DNA of 63,870 nucleotides, filler included, from Octopus bimaculoides (taxonomy: Eukaryota), in NCBI RefSeq assembly GCF_001194135.2. It is 3 parts of 3 records of this genome, joined end to end, with 100 filler letters (N's around TTAATTAATTAA, not from the genome) between each part and the next. Parts side by side here need not be neighbours in the genome. Positions count along the whole stretch, not along the records: positions 1 to 22,972 come from NC_068984.1; 2 more parts are not named here. The stretch is one strand, 5' to 3'. Under the pieces are notes generated by a model that worked only from the letters and a program-made list of their open reading frames with translations, was not told where the DNA came from and did not search any database. Position numbers and translations under genes: made by a program. Numbering within the stretch: position 1 is the stretch's first letter; each line of letters starts with the position of its first letter. Positions 1-14,641 of this stretch are shown one piece after another.

Positions 1-3000
1 ATATATATATATATACATACATGAAGCTATATGACTTAGTGGTTAGGATATTTCGCTCACAATTGTAAGATTACAAGTTTGATGGCATACATGTGTGTGT
101 GTTGGCGGGGGGCATGTATGTATGTATTTACAACTGCTGAAAATTTCAGTCGTTGTAGACATATGCCTAAGTTCCTTTTGAAGAATTGGAAAATTGCACT
201 AATACCTGATTAACTAGTCACTGTTTTTTCCAGTCTTATAATCTAAGGTATAAGGGAGATAACTCTTTTACCTCTTTACTTATTTCTTATTACCGTTTCC
301 TTTTCCGTTTTTTTAACCTTTCATGTTTTCTATATGCTTCCTCTCGAAGATTTTTGTTTCTTCTCTCTTTCAATTTTTAGTTGTTATGCTATGTGGTTTG
401 TGCCTGATGACTATGTGGAAATGTTACACATATTATAATTCATTATTTGGCATGTTCTCAGCATAAGAAACTATTAGTAGCACATAAAAACATGTATTGT
501 GTCTAATAAGTAATTATATACGTATGTGTGTGTATGTATATATGTATGTGTGCATACATAGGTATATATATACACACGCACATATACATATATATATATG
601 TGTGTGTATGTGTGTATACATATAGCTACATGTACATCTATCTGTATATATGTAGGTAGATAGATATATGGCTTCTGCTGATTAGAATTCTGTAATTCTG
701 TAGAGGGCGCTACCATTGTTAAATTAAGATTGAGCTTAAGAGTTTAATGGATGCAGGGAAGTCAGATAACAATGATTGTGCTTTGGCTTAATAATAAAAT
801 CCGTGAGTTGGTCATCCTAAGTAACCTTTACATGTTAAAATGTTTATTGAGTAATGAGAAAGATTATATTGAGATAAGGATTTTACAGTCATTTAGCATA
901 AATGCACAGAAGAATGATAAGTTATAGAAAGTTATAATAAGCCTTTGCAAAATATTCAAGCATATTATCTATAGAAGAATAGATTTTGAATGAAAATTCC
1001 TTATATATCACTTTAGACTATTTTGAACTATATTAACCATATGAAAATTACCTAAGCAGCTTAGATATCTAAAGAATGTATATAGCGAATGTAATACAAA
1101 TATCAGGCCTATTGTAATGGAAACCTTTGACCATACTGAACAGATCTATCATAAGAACTTAGAGAATAGTGAATATAATGACAAAATCTTTCAAAAGCAA
1201 TAAGCAGCATCCAAGGAGAGGAAATATAAACACATTTAACCCTTTTTTCAAAGTAATTTCACAGTAAAAGTCAAAAACCAAACTCAAACAATGACAACTT
1301 AGCCCTCACTCACACATAAATATGACCAGACAGCATGTATGCTGCTTTTGCTGAATGTTTTAGGAGCCTATGGAGTTATGAGCAGAGACAGATGCTCTGT
1401 TGGCCCTCTCACCATTGAGTCCAGCAAAATATTAGGGAATTGAGTGAAAGAGAGCTGCACTAGTGCTAGGTCCCATATTATTTTCTGCTGAATAAAACCA
1501 GAATAATGTAAAATGTGTCCTTACTCAAGGACACAATTTATTACCCAGTCCAGGAATTGAACCTATGACTTTATAACTGAAAAACAATAAAAATAAAACC
1601 AAATGTTTTTATTGGATTCTGAATTGATGTTGAAATTCGTTGTTAGTGATTTGAATTATATTGTGTTAACTTTCATAGCTTCAACACAGTGGAAACAGCT
1701 AAGAAAAAAAAGATGTTGGACTAAATAGTGTGAGTGTAATTAGCGTCATCTATCACGATTCATGACTGGAAACTCTGTTGGTGGTCAACTTTACATATCA
1801 TTTCTCCAGAATTGATTAAATTTTCCATTCGATTCAACAGTTGTTGCTCTCTAGATGGATGAAGTCCTTAACATGCTATTTCTAGTTTCTCTATGCTAGA
1901 GGTAGTAGGCCTTGCTGTTGACACTGGCTTATTATAGGTTAGACTGGGTGCTTCTTCAGTTAAGTGATTGGCTGTGACCATTAACATCGAAGTAGAATGT
2001 GAACTCAGAACAAAAGTAGCCAGAACCAATACGGCAATGCATTTAGTCCAATGCTCTAACAATTTTGCCAGTCCACTGCCTTGAGTTGGTACTTTAGTTA
2101 ACAAACCTGGAAGAATAAAAGGTAACATTGACACCTTGGAACTATTTGAAATTAGTGCATAGGGATCTGAACGATTACCACAGAGCATTCACTTTGATGC
2201 TCTAATGACTCTGCTAATTCAAAATTGTCTAATAAAAAATAAAAAAATCACTTGGCTGCACCCCAATAGCAGTAACCCCTGATTTATACTCACTAGGATG
2301 TACCCACCACCTTACAAAGAGGAAAAAAATTACAATTGACAGTGTTTTGTATCCAAAGCTAAATGAATTTCATTTCATTATAGCAGTTATCAAGGTGAAC
2401 TGGCTGAATTGTTAGAGCAAAGCAAAAAGATGCCCTTTGGTATTGGTTTTTCTTCTGACTTATCACATCCTGAGTTCAAATCATGCCAAAGTTAACTACA
2501 CCTTGCATCCTTTCAAGGTTGATAAAATAAAGTACCAGTCAAGTATCAAGTTTGATGTGGTCTATTTACTCCATCCCTTCAAAATTTCTGATTTTGTGCC
2601 TAAATTAGGAAGTATTATACCAAATATTATTCTGATTGTTGCTTTCATAGTGCACTGTAGAACTCAGTGGAGATGCCATGACCTGGAAAAAGTTTAAGAT
2701 TCACTACGCTTGTTGATATTTATGTTAGACTGCATTTTTCGAAGAGTTAGGAATCTTTGTAAAACTATAAATAAGCTGACATACCATGGTATTTAACTTC
2801 AAAGTGGTTGTCAGTTTAAAAAAACAGGCAATCACATGGAGAAAACAGTCAATTTTATTCTTGACTAAATAAATAAATCTACTTAAAAAAAGATACTATC
2901 CCTCAACTGAGAAATACAACTTTTGCTGAGCTGCAAACCTGAGTTTTATACTGCAATGATTGATGTCAAAGAATTGTCAGCATTGGAAGAGTATATTGTC

Positions 3001-3700
3001 AAAGCATTTATGTACATCTATGTTTATTTATAACTTACTTTGTTAGCTGAAAGAATACAAAAGAGAGAGAGAATGAGAGCTAAACTGGAAGACCAATCAT
3101 TTTCACCCAGTAGCTTCTCAGTACTAAGAACATATTATATACTCTCTTTGAGTTTCTTATATCCGTTCTATTGCCGTTGTCTATAAATACCTGTTGTCTA
3201 ATAATTTTCTCTTTCTCTCTCTCTAAATATATATATATATATATATATAGGACCACAGGTAAACAATTTGGTTCTGGGTTTAGTCCCACTGCATGGTTCC
3301 TTAGCACTATAGCCTTGGGCTGACCAAAGCCTTCTGAGTAGATTTGGTGAACAGAAGTTGAAAGAAGCTCATACACATATATGTGTATGTGAGTGTGTGA
3401 GTGTATGTGAGTCTTTGCATCTGTGTTTGTTCCCCATCACCATTTGACAACTGGTTTTGGTGTGTTTCTGTCCCCATAACTTAGCAGTTCAGCAAAAGGG
3501 ATTGGTAGAATAAGTTCTAGACTTAAGAAAAAGAATAGTTAGTGCTGGGCTTGATTTGTTTAAAATTCTTCAATGTGATACCCCAGTATGGCAGTAGTCT
3601 AATGGCTGAAACAAGTACAAGATATGTTTTATATATATGTAAATCATACATTTAATGTTAAATCTCTGAACGAGGTATAAACAGTAACTGCAAGACAATG

Positions 3701-3896
3701 TGAAGTATATCTGCGACTTAAATGTGGCTAGACCCTAAGGGTGAATGCTACTGTTGCTTTTAGACCCAGGAGAACATCTCCTCCAGCTGGCTATTGATAT
3801 CAATAGCCAGCTGGAAGAGATGTTCTCTTGGGGCTAAAAGCAACAGTAGCATTCACCCTTAGGGTCTAGCCACATTTAAGTAGCAAATATACTTCA
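3701..3896. repeat. Loopless inverted repeat (palindrome), arms ~98 bp
   Basis: Centre TTGAT|ATCAA at 3798/3799. The left arm tgaagtatat...ctattgat is the reverse complement of the right arm apart from a few mismatches. Confidence 0.95.
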
Positions 3897-3957
3897 TGTT
3901 GTATATCATACATATTTTTTATATGCATGTATATATATCATATACACATATTCCATA

Positions 3958-3988
<31 letters not shown>

Positions 3989-4377
3989 GCACAGATGTTC
4001 AAATAAGCAGACGTGATTTTTCTCTCTCTCTTCTATCTTTTCTCTTTTCAAAAGAATGTTTCTCCCAGCATTCACTATTTTTCTCTTGTTCTGGTCTAAC
4101 GACTTGCTATATTCGTTTTTGTTTGGTTTCCTTGTATGTCTCCACTGTCATTTTTTTGTTCCCAACTTTGACCTTCTGTAAATCCTAAATTTTATTTTAG
4201 AATTTATCGGAGCAACTGTCTATGAAGACTCATATTTTCATTGAATGCTCGAAATGAGGAGCAGATAGACAGCCGACAACTGATGAAGGGTCCTTTCTCT
4301 GCATTAACTTGTCTTGTTTTCCATTTTTTTCTCCTTGTTTACATATCATGGAAAGATAGAGAGAGAGAGAGAAAGAT

Positions 4378-4435
<58 letters not shown>

Positions 4436-6835
4436 TGTGTGTGTGTGAGATGGAGGAAAGAATGAGAACACAAGAGAGAGGAGGAGAAAAATTATGAGTC
4501 AGAGAGAACTCATTTGATTTTATGCTTAATCAAAATGAAATGGTTGTTTTTGTTTCTTTTTTTGGTGAAAAATCTCGAAAACTTTGATAATCAAATATCG
4601 TCGTATTCTGTATAATTCTAATTCATGGGTTACTGAGGAGATGAACTGGCAGCTGTCATGTCAGTTTGCATTTTGCTATTAGCACTGAGCTGTTTAAAAT
4701 GACCAAAATATTTAATAACGGATGATTCAGAAGAGGTGTAATAAAACTAAAACACCTCCAAAGATCATATTAATGTTTACTCTACATATCTTCTAATTTT
4801 AATTAATTGAAATATTGATTGCGTTGTCTGCCCTGCTTGCCTTGAGTAGATGTGCTCATTGATAATATGTTTACTTCTCCTTATTTCTGATGAATAAAAA
4901 TGTCTTTGATGAATATAGTTTTCTTGTGCATTACTTTATATTAGTGGTTACTTTACTAATTTGGTATTTGATGCTGTTGATAATGTTGCTGTTGTTTAGC
5001 CTCAAGTCTGAGGCATTCTAATTACAACTATCCCATCTTTTATTCAGGCATGATATATCAAAGATTACACTATTCAACATGTTCTTTCTTTTTTTAAAAT
5101 GGAAGAGTGTGATTTAAAGGAGATTTAATTATTATTTTCTGGCCAGCTTTCTTATTTCTTGCTCAATCAAGATAACACTGACAACAACAATGTTATGATG
5201 AAGATAATGCCATTTAGAGATCAACAACCAAATACACCAAATCAGTATTTTGAATCCTTTTTTCTTTAATTCGATTAAAAGGAAATATTCACAACACGTT
5301 TTAAAGGGATTGAGCCATTGTTGAGTAGTTGCTCGTGTAAATAGGTATCATAAGGTAAGAGAAGATTAGTGCAATGGGGTGAAAGGAACAAAAATAGTAG
5401 AGAGAGACCATGAATATTTCACAGAATTAATGGTAAACCCATTTGGGTTATTTCTGAAAATTTTATCCAAAAAAACCTGTCGTCTGAGTTGTGTCTGTAT
5501 GGAAAGATAGTCACTCATCTGCTACTCATTTAAAAGTGCAAGAAATTGGAATACAATGATTACTTTATGCACTTTACGTATATACTTTATATACTTTATG
5601 CACAAATTTATAGACTTAATACACAGCACTCATAAAATAAATATTCACTCTTATTTCTCCATTTTCCCCAGAACCAAAAAGGAATATCTCATACATATGA
5701 TACAACCTTTAGTTAAATAGGCTACATCAGCTACGTAAATAAGCATGAATATTTCATGGAATTGCACTTATATGCATGTATTAAGTGATAGGTGATATAA
5801 AAAACTTAATTCAATAAAAAAGAATACACTTCATTATCTAGTCACTACTGCCACCCCCACCACCACTGCCACTTCCATCTCCATTACCACCAACTCCATC
5901 TCCACCACCACCACCAACACCATCATCATCATCTCTCTCTCACTCATTTCTCTCTCCCCTCTCTCTCTACCGTTCTTTAACTTCACCATCAAAATATCAC
6001 CCCTCTGTTAAAATTATTGTTTCCCCTACCTCACATCATTGACACTACACTCTCTTTTTCTCACTCAATTTTCTTTCTCTCTCTCTCTCTTTTTCTTTCT
6101 CCCTCTTTCTGCCTCACTCTTCACCTCATCCTCTTTTTCTCTTTCCTTTTTTCTTTCTCCTCTCTTTCCCTTCACTTAATCACATGAAAGTGTTACACTT
6201 ACATTTCCTCTACCTCACTTCAAGGACACTTCTTACTCCCTCTTTTTCCTTCTCCCTCTTTTCTTTCACTCTCTGCTTCTCTAATTATGTGAAAGTGTTA
6301 CTGATGGGCTAAGTAATGTAATGACAGGCAGAACTATTATAAAATAACTATCACAACAGGCAGTACTGAGTTCAGCTTCTACTTTAGGGCCTTGAGAAGT
6401 CAGCTAAAAGTTGACTCAATATTCAATCTCAAGCTAATTTTTTTCTAATTATCCTGGTAAATGATATGGATTTTCATTCTACTAATAGGAAGTGTATACT
6501 GGCTAGTGGGTGTAGTCTATCCTAAACTAATCAAATCTTGTTCAGGCATGTTTTTCTAGGAAAATAACTTATTCAACTATGTGGGTGTTTCATAATAATA
6601 TACACTTTGCAATTTTTTTTTTTTTTTTTTTTTACCAGGCTTTAAAAAAAAATCTAACTTTCTTTTTGACAGTTTGGAAACAAAATATTTCAGTATTTTG
6701 TCTGTATTTTTATTTTGTGTTTTGTTTACTCCAAGACAGTAGTTTCTATTCTTCCTGAATAAAACATTAACATTACCTTGAGTGAAGTTTCTATTTTTTT
6801 TTTCTTCAATTTTCAAAGAAGTAAAGGTATTCAAG

Positions 6836-6837
<2 letters not shown>

Positions 6838-6920
<83 letters not shown>

Positions 6921-6935
6921 ATTATTATTGTTATT

Positions 6936-6978
<43 letters not shown>

Positions 6979-7015
6979 CTACTACTACTACAACAACAAT
7001 ATTATGATAATGATA
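6838..7015. repeat. Compound trinucleotide microsatellite (ATT)(GTT)(CAT)(ACT)(ACA)
   Basis: Seen directly. Source of the spurious ORFs at 6778-7111. Confidence 0.95.
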
Positions 7016-9655
7016 ATGCAATTTAGAAATCAACAACCAACACATCAAATCAATATTTTAAATTCTTTTTCTTCAATTCCATTAAAAGGAAAAATTCATA
7101 AGACATTTTAAAATATATTCTCTAAGAAAGAGACAAGATTGATTTGTAAATGGATTACAACTTCAATTATATAAAAAATAAAAACAATCTTGAATTTTAA
7201 GATAAATTATCTAGCAAGGTCAAAATTTTAAACTGAAAATTTTTTTATAGAAAATATTGAAATATTTAAAAAGAAAAAATAAAGTATGACATACTAAACC
7301 CCAATATATTCATCTTCTTTCTCCACTGTTTGGACTTTTCTTTCATAGGTTAGTGCTTAAAATATCTAAAATTATTTTATACAGAAAATTTTCGCAGTTA
7401 ATTCATTTCTTAAAAAAGTCCTTTTCTTTAAAATTTTAATTTTATCTTTAAATAATTTTGATGTAAAAGAAAACAAAAAATATTATTAAGAAAGTTTTTC
7501 TCACGATATATTACAGGTGCTTGTTTTCATCATGTCTAGAATTACAATAGACAAAATTGTCTCTAGGGGAAAACATACTTTAGATGTAAATATAACATAG
7601 CATGGCTGTCTAATAATTTTACCATCTTCTCAATTGTATTTTGAAAATATTTTAGTGAATTTATTCACTGGCAAACGGCCAAAAATTCTGTGGCAAAATG
7701 TTTTGATTAAAATTTTTTTCCTGTATATCATTAACACTAGCTTTAAAAAACTAAAGTAAAATATAAGAGTTGTACATGGATGTAGATAAATATTTAATCT
7801 ATCAATCTACAACACTCCAAGACATTTTTTCATATAAAAACAGAAGCAATAAGTTTATTTTCAAGGTTGGAAGTCATTGGTTTCTGATCTGGTTTCTCTA
7901 TGCAATAGAAAATGTGTAACTTCTCATTCTACATTAAACTCTTCACACAGGGACACCTACCACAGAGTAGACATTCTCTTCAGCCATGAGAGATAGATTA
8001 CCAAGTAATATATTGAAGACAAATTTAAGACTAAGACTTCATTTTTGACACACCTTGGATTTATGAAAAAATGGGAAAAACATTCAAATTAGAGTAAGAA
8101 GTATTTAGCTTATTAAGTTCTTTCCATTAGAATGGAAGAAATGTTTGTCTTATTTTGAAATATCAAGATATAAGTGAAGCTTAATAATATGTTAGCACCT
8201 AATTGGAGGAGTTTAGAAAATTGCATTTCTATAAAAAAGACCTTTAATATATTTTCTATTAAAAAAAAATAATTAAGTAAAACAGACAAAAAGAAAATAG
8301 ATACAAAATTTATTGAGTAATTCAAATGGAAATAAGAGAGGAAAAAAAATTAAATTAGATAACAATTTTCATTTCTAAAACTATTAGTCTACTTAAAGAT
8401 ATTGCAAGCTTGAATGTTTTTCACCAAGTAGTTCACTGGAACAAGTGAGAGTTTGCTATGTAAGAATGAAACCAAATATTGTTTTGCAGAGAATTATTAT
8501 ATTATTTGGCCAGGTCTCGTCACTGACCAACTTCCAGAGGTTGTTTATGACTAGAAATGACGAAGGATCTCTTTGTGTTTTAATTTCCTGATTTTAGAAT
8601 GAAATCTGACTTTTTTCCTTTTGTAAATATAATATTTATAAATCCTTCACATACCATATCATTTTCCTCTCTTCTACATATAAATGATGCAAAAATACCT
8701 TATATGATGATAGGAAGAGTCAAACCACATTTCAAATTAAAAATTAAAAAGACAAAGAGATTTGTCACCATTTCAGACTATAAACAGTCTGTGACAGCTG
8801 TTCAGAGAAGGAACCTGGTTATGTGATAGAATTATTCTACTTCATAAAAAATATTGGTTTCATCCTTACCAAGCAAAATCACATCTGGTTCAGCAGTTTA
8901 ATATTAGTTTCAAATTTAGGCATAAGGCCAGCAATTCTGAATGGAAGTGGAGTAGTTGATACCATTGATCTTTGAAAGGATAGAAGGCTAAGTTGTCTTA
9001 AAAGTGATTTGAACACAGAACATAAAATGCTGGAAGAGATGTTGCTAAGTATTTTATACAACATACTAATGATTCTGCCACCATCTTCCTTTTATCAGTT
9101 TAATTAACAATGAAGATATTTTACTAAATTCTTCATTGCTTTCAAAATTAACCAAAACAATGAGGACAAAATATGAGGACAACAGGGCTGATGGCTTAGT
9201 GAGGGAAAGAAAGACAATAGACATAACCACGTTTAGGGCATCTATGATTGGGAAGGGAGGCAAGGTTTTTGTTCACTGATCAGATGCTTGGTGCAAATGC
9301 TTGTCACAGAGTTGGCTTCTGCTGCAAGCCACCAATGACCAGGTGGGAACACTCTGTAACATACTTCCATACTTCCATTCTCTTTCTGTCTTGAAAATTT
9401 TAGTTGCAAGAATTTGGATAACTGAAGGCTATGATAGAAAACATTAATGCATGGTATTGCACATTGCAATCAAAGTTCAAACTATATAGTTGACTGCACA
9501 ACCATGCCTATAGTGTGAAATTTACTCAAATCTCTCTACCAATTATTGTTGCTTATGTAGAGATATACAATGTGTTCTATCTTGCATTGATTTGTCATAT
9601 ATGTATACACACGCACACATACATGCATTAATACACATACATATGTGTTTGCGTG

Positions 9656-9706
<51 letters not shown>

Positions 9707-10324
9707 TATGTATTTATATGTAGATCATCAACATCATCATCATTTAATGTCCATTGTCCATGCTGACATGGGCTGGGTGGTTTGACAGGAACTGGCCATC
9801 TGGAGAGCTGCCTTGGTTCCATGTCCATTTTGGCTTAGTTTCTATGGCTGGATGCCCTTCCTAACACCAGCCACTTTACAGAGTGTATTGAGTGCTTTTA
9901 TGTGACACCGGGCATGTGTATAACCACACACGTGCGTGTGCACACAGACACACACACATACACACACACATGCATGCACACATACACACAAACACTCATC
10001 ATTATTATTCTCTAATGTCCCATATTTCCATGTTTGCATGGAACAAGTGCAATTTCATTGAGGTAGATATTTTTCTGCAACTAGATACCTCTCCTGTCAC
10101 CAACCCTTACCCGCTTCCAAGAGTAAGGTAATATTTCACCTCCTCTTACGTTTTTGACAGAAAACTGGAAATGAACAGTGTCACATGTATGATGGTGATG
10201 CTTGTTCACAACCATGAAATGATGAACAAGATGAACAAGAGTGCACACAAACACATACATGCACACATACATACATACATATATATATATTGTGATGGTT
10301 GTGAACAAGCATCACCATCATACA

Positions 10325-10373
<49 letters not shown>

Positions 10374-11149
10374 GCATTTATTCATGTATAAATGCGAAAA
10401 AAAAATCTGTATACACATACAAATATATACGCACATATACATATATATGTATATGGATGTATATGGATGTATATGTATGTGCACATATACAAGTGTAATG
10501 TATGTGTATACATATCTGTATGTATGTGTATATATATCTAATTATGCATCTACATATGTATTCATGTATGTATCTATTTGTATTTATGTATACATACATC
10601 ATTTATGTATACACACATGTATATAGGTAGATAGATAGAGAGATATATAGACAGAGAGATAGATAGAAGGTTAGATAGATAGACAGATGCACTCATAATA
10701 TACTCATCATATAAATATATGATTTGTTTCTTTCAAATTCTGAAGACAAAGTTAATTGTTAGGGTTATGACTGGCAGATATGAAAAGATAAGTGTGAAAA
10801 AAATATGAAACAAACAAAAATGTTATTCTATATGAAATGTTGTCTGAAGACTTATTGATATATTTCAATATCATATATAACTTACTGATCAAAACATCAG
10901 CTATTATTATAACTTGTCAAGTATGCTTAACTTTTTTCATTGGATTTTTGTTTTCAATTTCTTGCAACATAAAAGATGATGGCACTCAGAAAATGTGTCT
11001 CCACAGTTTTAAACCAAAAGTAGATTTGATGGTAATTGGAATAAATTTCATCTCAATAACCCTTTCTAGTCTAGTTAGATGGAGTTATTTGCTGGTAGAG
11101 CATGTATAAACAAGAAAGGAATCAAGATTAATAAACCTAAAGAGTTGTA

Positions 11150-11377
11150 TATGGGTGAGAAGAAAGGTGCTGAAAAGTACCTGGCTTTGGGTAAAAGAAA
11201 ATACAGGAGGATCAGTTAATTATGCTTTTATTCAACATATTCCTCTTTCAGATTCGCACACTTATTGCAGCAGTCCTTTAGTTTTTCTAAGCCTTCTAAA
11301 AGAACTTGAAAGGTTGGGCTTCCAACCAAGCCTTTCACGATATCCTTAAAACTAAGAACTTTTCAGCACCCTCTTGT
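11150..11377. mobile_element. Mariner-like MITE
   Basis: ggtgctgaaaagtacc ... gaacttttcagcaccc inverted ends with TA flanks. Confidence 0.6.
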
Positions 11378-14179
11378 ATAATAATATATGTCACTTCTTA
11401 GAGATACTATTGAACAATTCAGAACAGTGCTGTCCTAAGGTATGGGATCCCAAGGTGGTTGCCCAGGGCCTTATGGGTTTAGGGGTCCCAATTCTAATCT
11501 GTGTATATTGTGGTCTGTTGTCAGTTAATAAATACTATAGGGCCCCATGCATTGATTTGCCCATGGACCTATAATGCTGCTAAAACATTTTTGGCTCAGT
11601 ATTGGCTGTCAGATTTACAATGTTTTGTGATAAAAGCATTCAACTCCTTCAGTATTTCAGACCAATTTATTCAAAATATATTGTTGTTTTTATAGTTATT
11701 GTTGCCCAGATCAAGCAGACATATTAAAAACATTCCAGCCATGATCCTGATGCCAATCCGCCTGAGACCACCCCTTGTTCTGTGATACAACTTTCTGTTT
11801 TGAAATGATCTAAACCAACACCACCCATCAAAATTTCATGTTAACTTATATCGAAAAAAACAAGCTTAATAACGATAAAGCTATTTTACGAAATTTTCAT
11901 TGTTTAAAAATTAATTGAAACAAAGGCAGTGCATTTCAAGAGAAACATGGTAATGAATGGATTAAGACAACAGGGCATAATTTGAAGAAGCTTTCGTTGC
12001 CATTTCTAGCAGTTTGAATAGACATACACTTCTAGTTTATTGCTGTAAAAGCATAGATGTTATGATGAGTAATCTGTTGGCTTGCTGTAAGAAGTTCAAT
12101 TGTTTCATATGCAACAGAATTGCCTACTATCTAATGAACGACTTATACTTGAGCACCAGTCATTTGGTTCTTTGTCCTTCATAAAAGATTAAGTTTAGAA
12201 TATCCATTTCTTTATGAGTCTCATTATGACTCAACAAGTAATATGGAAAGATATTCCTAAGGAATTTCCAGTGGCCTGCTAAAGGTAGACATAAAAATGA
12301 ATTTTTTGCTGAGGATAAATGAATGAGAATTGTAGTATTAATGCCTTGTTCATTCCAAAGTTATAAGCAGCATAGATAATGAAATGAAATTGCTGCAAAT
12401 GAGAATCAAAGATACTGAAAACATATTGTTTAAAATAAACCATTATTTATTTAAGATTAATAAGCAATAACGATGATTTGGGGACCTGATCATATAGATG
12501 TTATGGCAAAGACAAAAGTAGATGAATTTGAAAGGGGGTACAAAAATAATTTACATAGTTCATATTCCATATCTATCTCACCCAATATCATTTGCTAAAA
12601 ACATATTCAGTCATGGGTGGAAAAAAATACTGAAGAGAATCAATAGATAAACTATCAAAATTTAATCCTCCACTATCTCAACCTGATTTATCATCTTATA
12701 AAACTTATCAGTTTGTGAACAATAGAAATATACAAAGATTATTGTTGGCTACATACGGGTCATATTCCTCTAAATTATATACTATCACGAACAGGTCATA
12801 TGGAATCACCTTTATGTTCTTGTGGAGACTATTCATAAATTTTATGGCATTATCTATATCTCAATGCAAAAATAATCAGATTGAAAGAGATAAAATATTA
12901 AAATCAGTTTTCAAAAGATTACCAATGTTAAAGATATAATTCATTTTCAAGGATTTACCAACCATTAATAACTATTCTTAGAACCAACTAAAATGATTTC
13001 ATAGAATATACATTTAAACATTTTCTTAATTTTTGTTTTGTTGCATTTTATTAAACTTTATTAGTTGGGTATTAGATGTCTTTTTTAAAGTCTGGCATGA
13101 CTTTCAAGCATTATACAGATGTTTAAATTAATTATATAGAATATTTAAACCTCTATCATATCTACATCAATTGATTTGCCAGTCACTCACCATCAAATAC
13201 CTTATTCTTGAATGTTTATATGGCACCAAACTGGGCTTGAACTAGGAAAATTTAAACTAAGGCAAATAACATTTTACCCACAAGATTTCTGATGTATGCA
13301 TCAGTTGATACAAATATTATTACCTTGGGTCTTGAAACAACAGTTCTGTAGGCTCCTAGTTAGAATCCAGTCTGGAACAATGTACACATCTAGGAATAAA
13401 TGACCTGATAATAATCTATGATCAAATGGATGGAAATGTGGTGTAGATGTAAATATTTCTAAAATTTTGTTTTTTTTACTTCTAAAGATGAGAGTTCAAA
13501 CACTTATATTATTAAGTCTGTCATGATCCTTAGGATCCATAAAGCCAGAGCTTAACCCAGTTTTTATGGGGTCTAAGTGGCAATGATTACAATTCTCCTC
13601 AGTGAAAAATACATCAGTCCATCACAGGGTTATATTATTATTAAGGACAAGCCTGTTTTGAAACATTTAGATTTATAATCAAGCTTTTAATTTTATGATA
13701 TACGTAGAAATCCCAAAAATTCTAGAGAAGCAAATGAATGTTGTAACCTACATATGGTGAGCTAATATGTTTTTTTAGTTTACTAGAATTTCACTCCCCA
13801 TGAGAAGAACTAATAATTTTCATCATGATGAACTCTGGTCGACAAAAACAAGGGATACAACCACAGAATTTAAGCTTATTAAAAACAGAATGCAGTGAAG
13901 AATGAATCATATTTTTGAAGTGCAGTATTAATTCTGGATAGATTTTAGTCCTATCAGACATTATCAGCAGAGCTTTGTCTTTCCTAATGAGCATTAGTAG
14001 CAACTAAGGAAGTAAAATAGCTATAACTGATAATGAAAACTGGTTCTTAGATATAATTTATTGAGATACAACTTGTTATATATAGCATTTGCACAAAACT
14101 CTTGTGAGGCTTCACATATTACACAAAAGATGCAATGTTGTATCTAAGCAAACATATACATACACACACATATACATAT

Positions 14180-14223
<44 letters not shown>

Positions 14224-14641
14224 TTAAAACTGTATCTTAATATATCCTCATTCAAAGGAGACAGAGATTAATAGGGAGGTTAATGTGAGTTTTGATGCTC
14301 ATAGCTAAGAGTGTTGTTGTTGTTTAACCTGTGGTCAACTGATTGTACAGTATTATTTTCAAATTCACTCCAGTCTTGCCTATCTCATCTTATACACTAA
14401 AGTGTATCTCAGAGTAAATGATGAAAATATGTTGTTACATACATACATACATACATCCACACATACATACATACATACACACATACATGCATACATACAG
14501 GCATGGCTGTGTGGTAGGAAGCTTGCTTCCTAATCACACGGTACCGGGTTCAGTCCCACTGCATGGCACCTTAGGCAAGTGTCTTCTACTATAGCCTCAG
14601 ATTAACCAAAGCCTTTTGAATGGATTTGGCAGGTAGACACC

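Noticed and set aside
1868-2188. 106-aa minus-strand ORF with a hydrophobic stretch and a good internal acceptor (ttttattcttccag| at ~2107)
   Set aside because: Only a faint resemblance (LLEHWTK versus recalled LLEPFSK) to UNC79, with no convincing donor and no partner exon. It cannot be supported as coding.
3039-3046. 8-nt apparent microexon (tctttcag|CTAACAAA|gtaagt, minus strand)
   Set aside because: It gives a TAA stop in the phase needed to join the neighbouring candidate, and there is no other support.
13791-14003. 70-aa minus ORF after a pyrimidine-rich acceptor
   Set aside because: No similarity to UNC79 or a recognisable family, and no good donor.
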